Positions 15,662-16,175 of a DNA stretch of 16,175 nucleotides are shown in pieces. The notes beneath the pieces were generated by a model. It made no database searches. It worked only from the letters and a program-made list of their open reading frames with translations, and was not told the DNA's origin. The position numbers were made by a program, and so were the translations under genes. The DNA comes from Deltaproteobacteria bacterium (GTDB lineage: Bacteria; Myxococcota_A; UBA9160; SMWR01): contig JAQBGU010000163.1 of assembly GCA_032128375.1 (NCBI GenBank), positions 1 to 16,175 of the forward strand, written 5' to 3'. Every line of letters starts with the position of its first letter. The first letter of the stretch is position 1.

Positions 15662-16000
15662 CTACTCGTCTTCTTCACCCGCCTCTTTTCGCGGCGGCAA
15701 TACCATGATCCTGTAGGCGATACGAGGCTTGTCCATCATCTTCCACGACACGCTCACCCAGTCGCCCTTCTCGATCTGCTTCCATGCTTTCTTGCCCTCA
15801 CCGCTGACAGTGGTCGTTTCGGAGTTTTCAAACGGCACCTTGTCGCCCCGCCGGTTGTCGACCACCAGATTCTTCTGGGAAATCTTGTCGACGCGCCCGA
15901 TGAACTCGCGGTATTGCGCCGAGGCCTCCTCTGCGAGGACCAGGGGCACGAAAACCGCGATGAGTACGGCCAGGATCAACCGACGAAACATGTTGCGCAT
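15662..16000 (-). CDS. Small secreted hypothetical protein, probable OB-fold beta-barrel
   Basis: SD GGGAG upstream. Signal peptide MRNMFRRLILAVLIAVFVPLVLAEEASA. Pattern GRVDKIS..LVV...F...TTV...IEKGDWVSVSW...AYRIMV resembles DUF5666/CusF-like small barrels. Confidence 0.78.
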   Translation of the reverse strand: MRNMFRRLILAVLIAVFVPLVLAEEASAQYREFIGRVDKISQKNLVVDNRRGDKVPFENSETTTVSGEGKKAWKQIEKGDWVSVSWKMMDKPRIAYRIMVLPPRKEAGEEDE

Positions 16001-16136
16001 GGATCCATTTCTCCCGTCTCGAGGGAATCTCGATCATCCCTCGTCAAGCTTGCGTTCATCGATCCGCTCCACTGTCAGACGAACGCGCAAATGGCGAATT
16101 CACCTGGCTCCCATGCGGGCCCGATCGGATCCAAAA

Positions 16137-16175
16137 TGGGTAGCGGAGGCGGGACTCGAACCCGCACGGCCGTGA
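16137..16175 (-). tRNA. 3' part of a long-variable-arm tRNA, probably tRNA-Leu (truncated by the window edge)
   Basis: Minus strand reads TCACGGCC-GT-GCGGG-TTCGAGT-CCCGC-CTCCGCT-A-CCCA: variable-arm remnant, perfect T arm, acceptor strand and A discriminator. The anticodon is not visible. Confidence 0.8.

Noticed and set aside
16020..16043. Inverted repeat CGAGGGA/TCCCTCG upstream of the small secreted protein
   Set aside because: It is a 7-bp stem with a 10-nt loop and no U-tract, which is plausible by chance at this GC content.
1..16175. Selenoprotein (UGA read-through) genes near selC
   Set aside because: The TGA stops at 52-54, 3907-3909, 10227-10229, 10771-10773, 14022-14024 and 14405-14407 fall at natural protein ends, and 7555-7557 is explained by a frameshift. 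None sits at a catalytic Cys position. A formal bSECIS search was not run.
7851..16175. Genomic island integrated at the selC 3' end
   Set aside because: No integrase and no duplicate of the selC 3' end were seen downstream, and the downstream genes look like housekeeping genes.

Overview
GC-rich bacterial chromosomal window. The protein styles (Myxococcus-type Cys-rich repeat, PEP-CTERM and VPAL-type sorting tails, MerR-TPR fusion) suggest a Myxococcota/deltaproteobacterial-type organism, which is an inference only. Left half (1-7.75 kb): the tail of a possible gcvH, a BepA-like M48 lipoprotein protease, a secreted protein with a VPAL/IPTL-CTERM-like tail sitting between two exact 23-bp direct repeats, a MerR-HTH/TPR protein, an ~858-aa PEP-CTERM surface protein (ConA-like domain, disintegrin-like 102-bp tandem repeats, LVIVD propeller), and a decayed, frameshifted PEP-CTERM gene behind a sigma54-like promoter. 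Centre: a tRNA-Sec (selC, UCA) with non-canonical stem features, directly followed by an exported YyaL/DUF255 thioredoxin protein fused to a DsbD-N-like domain, then an HPF/RaiA gene. Right half (minus strand): the 3' end of a type II tRNA (probably Leu), a small secreted protein, MoeB-rhodanese, a helical hypothetical protein, a UvrA homologue with both ABC signature motifs altered, and an SCP2-domain protein. No integrase, transposase, CRISPR array or selenoprotein ORF was found. The best candidate for something undescribed is an apparent turnover zone of exosortase-type surface-protein genes, including a cassette flanked by a palindromic direct repeat.
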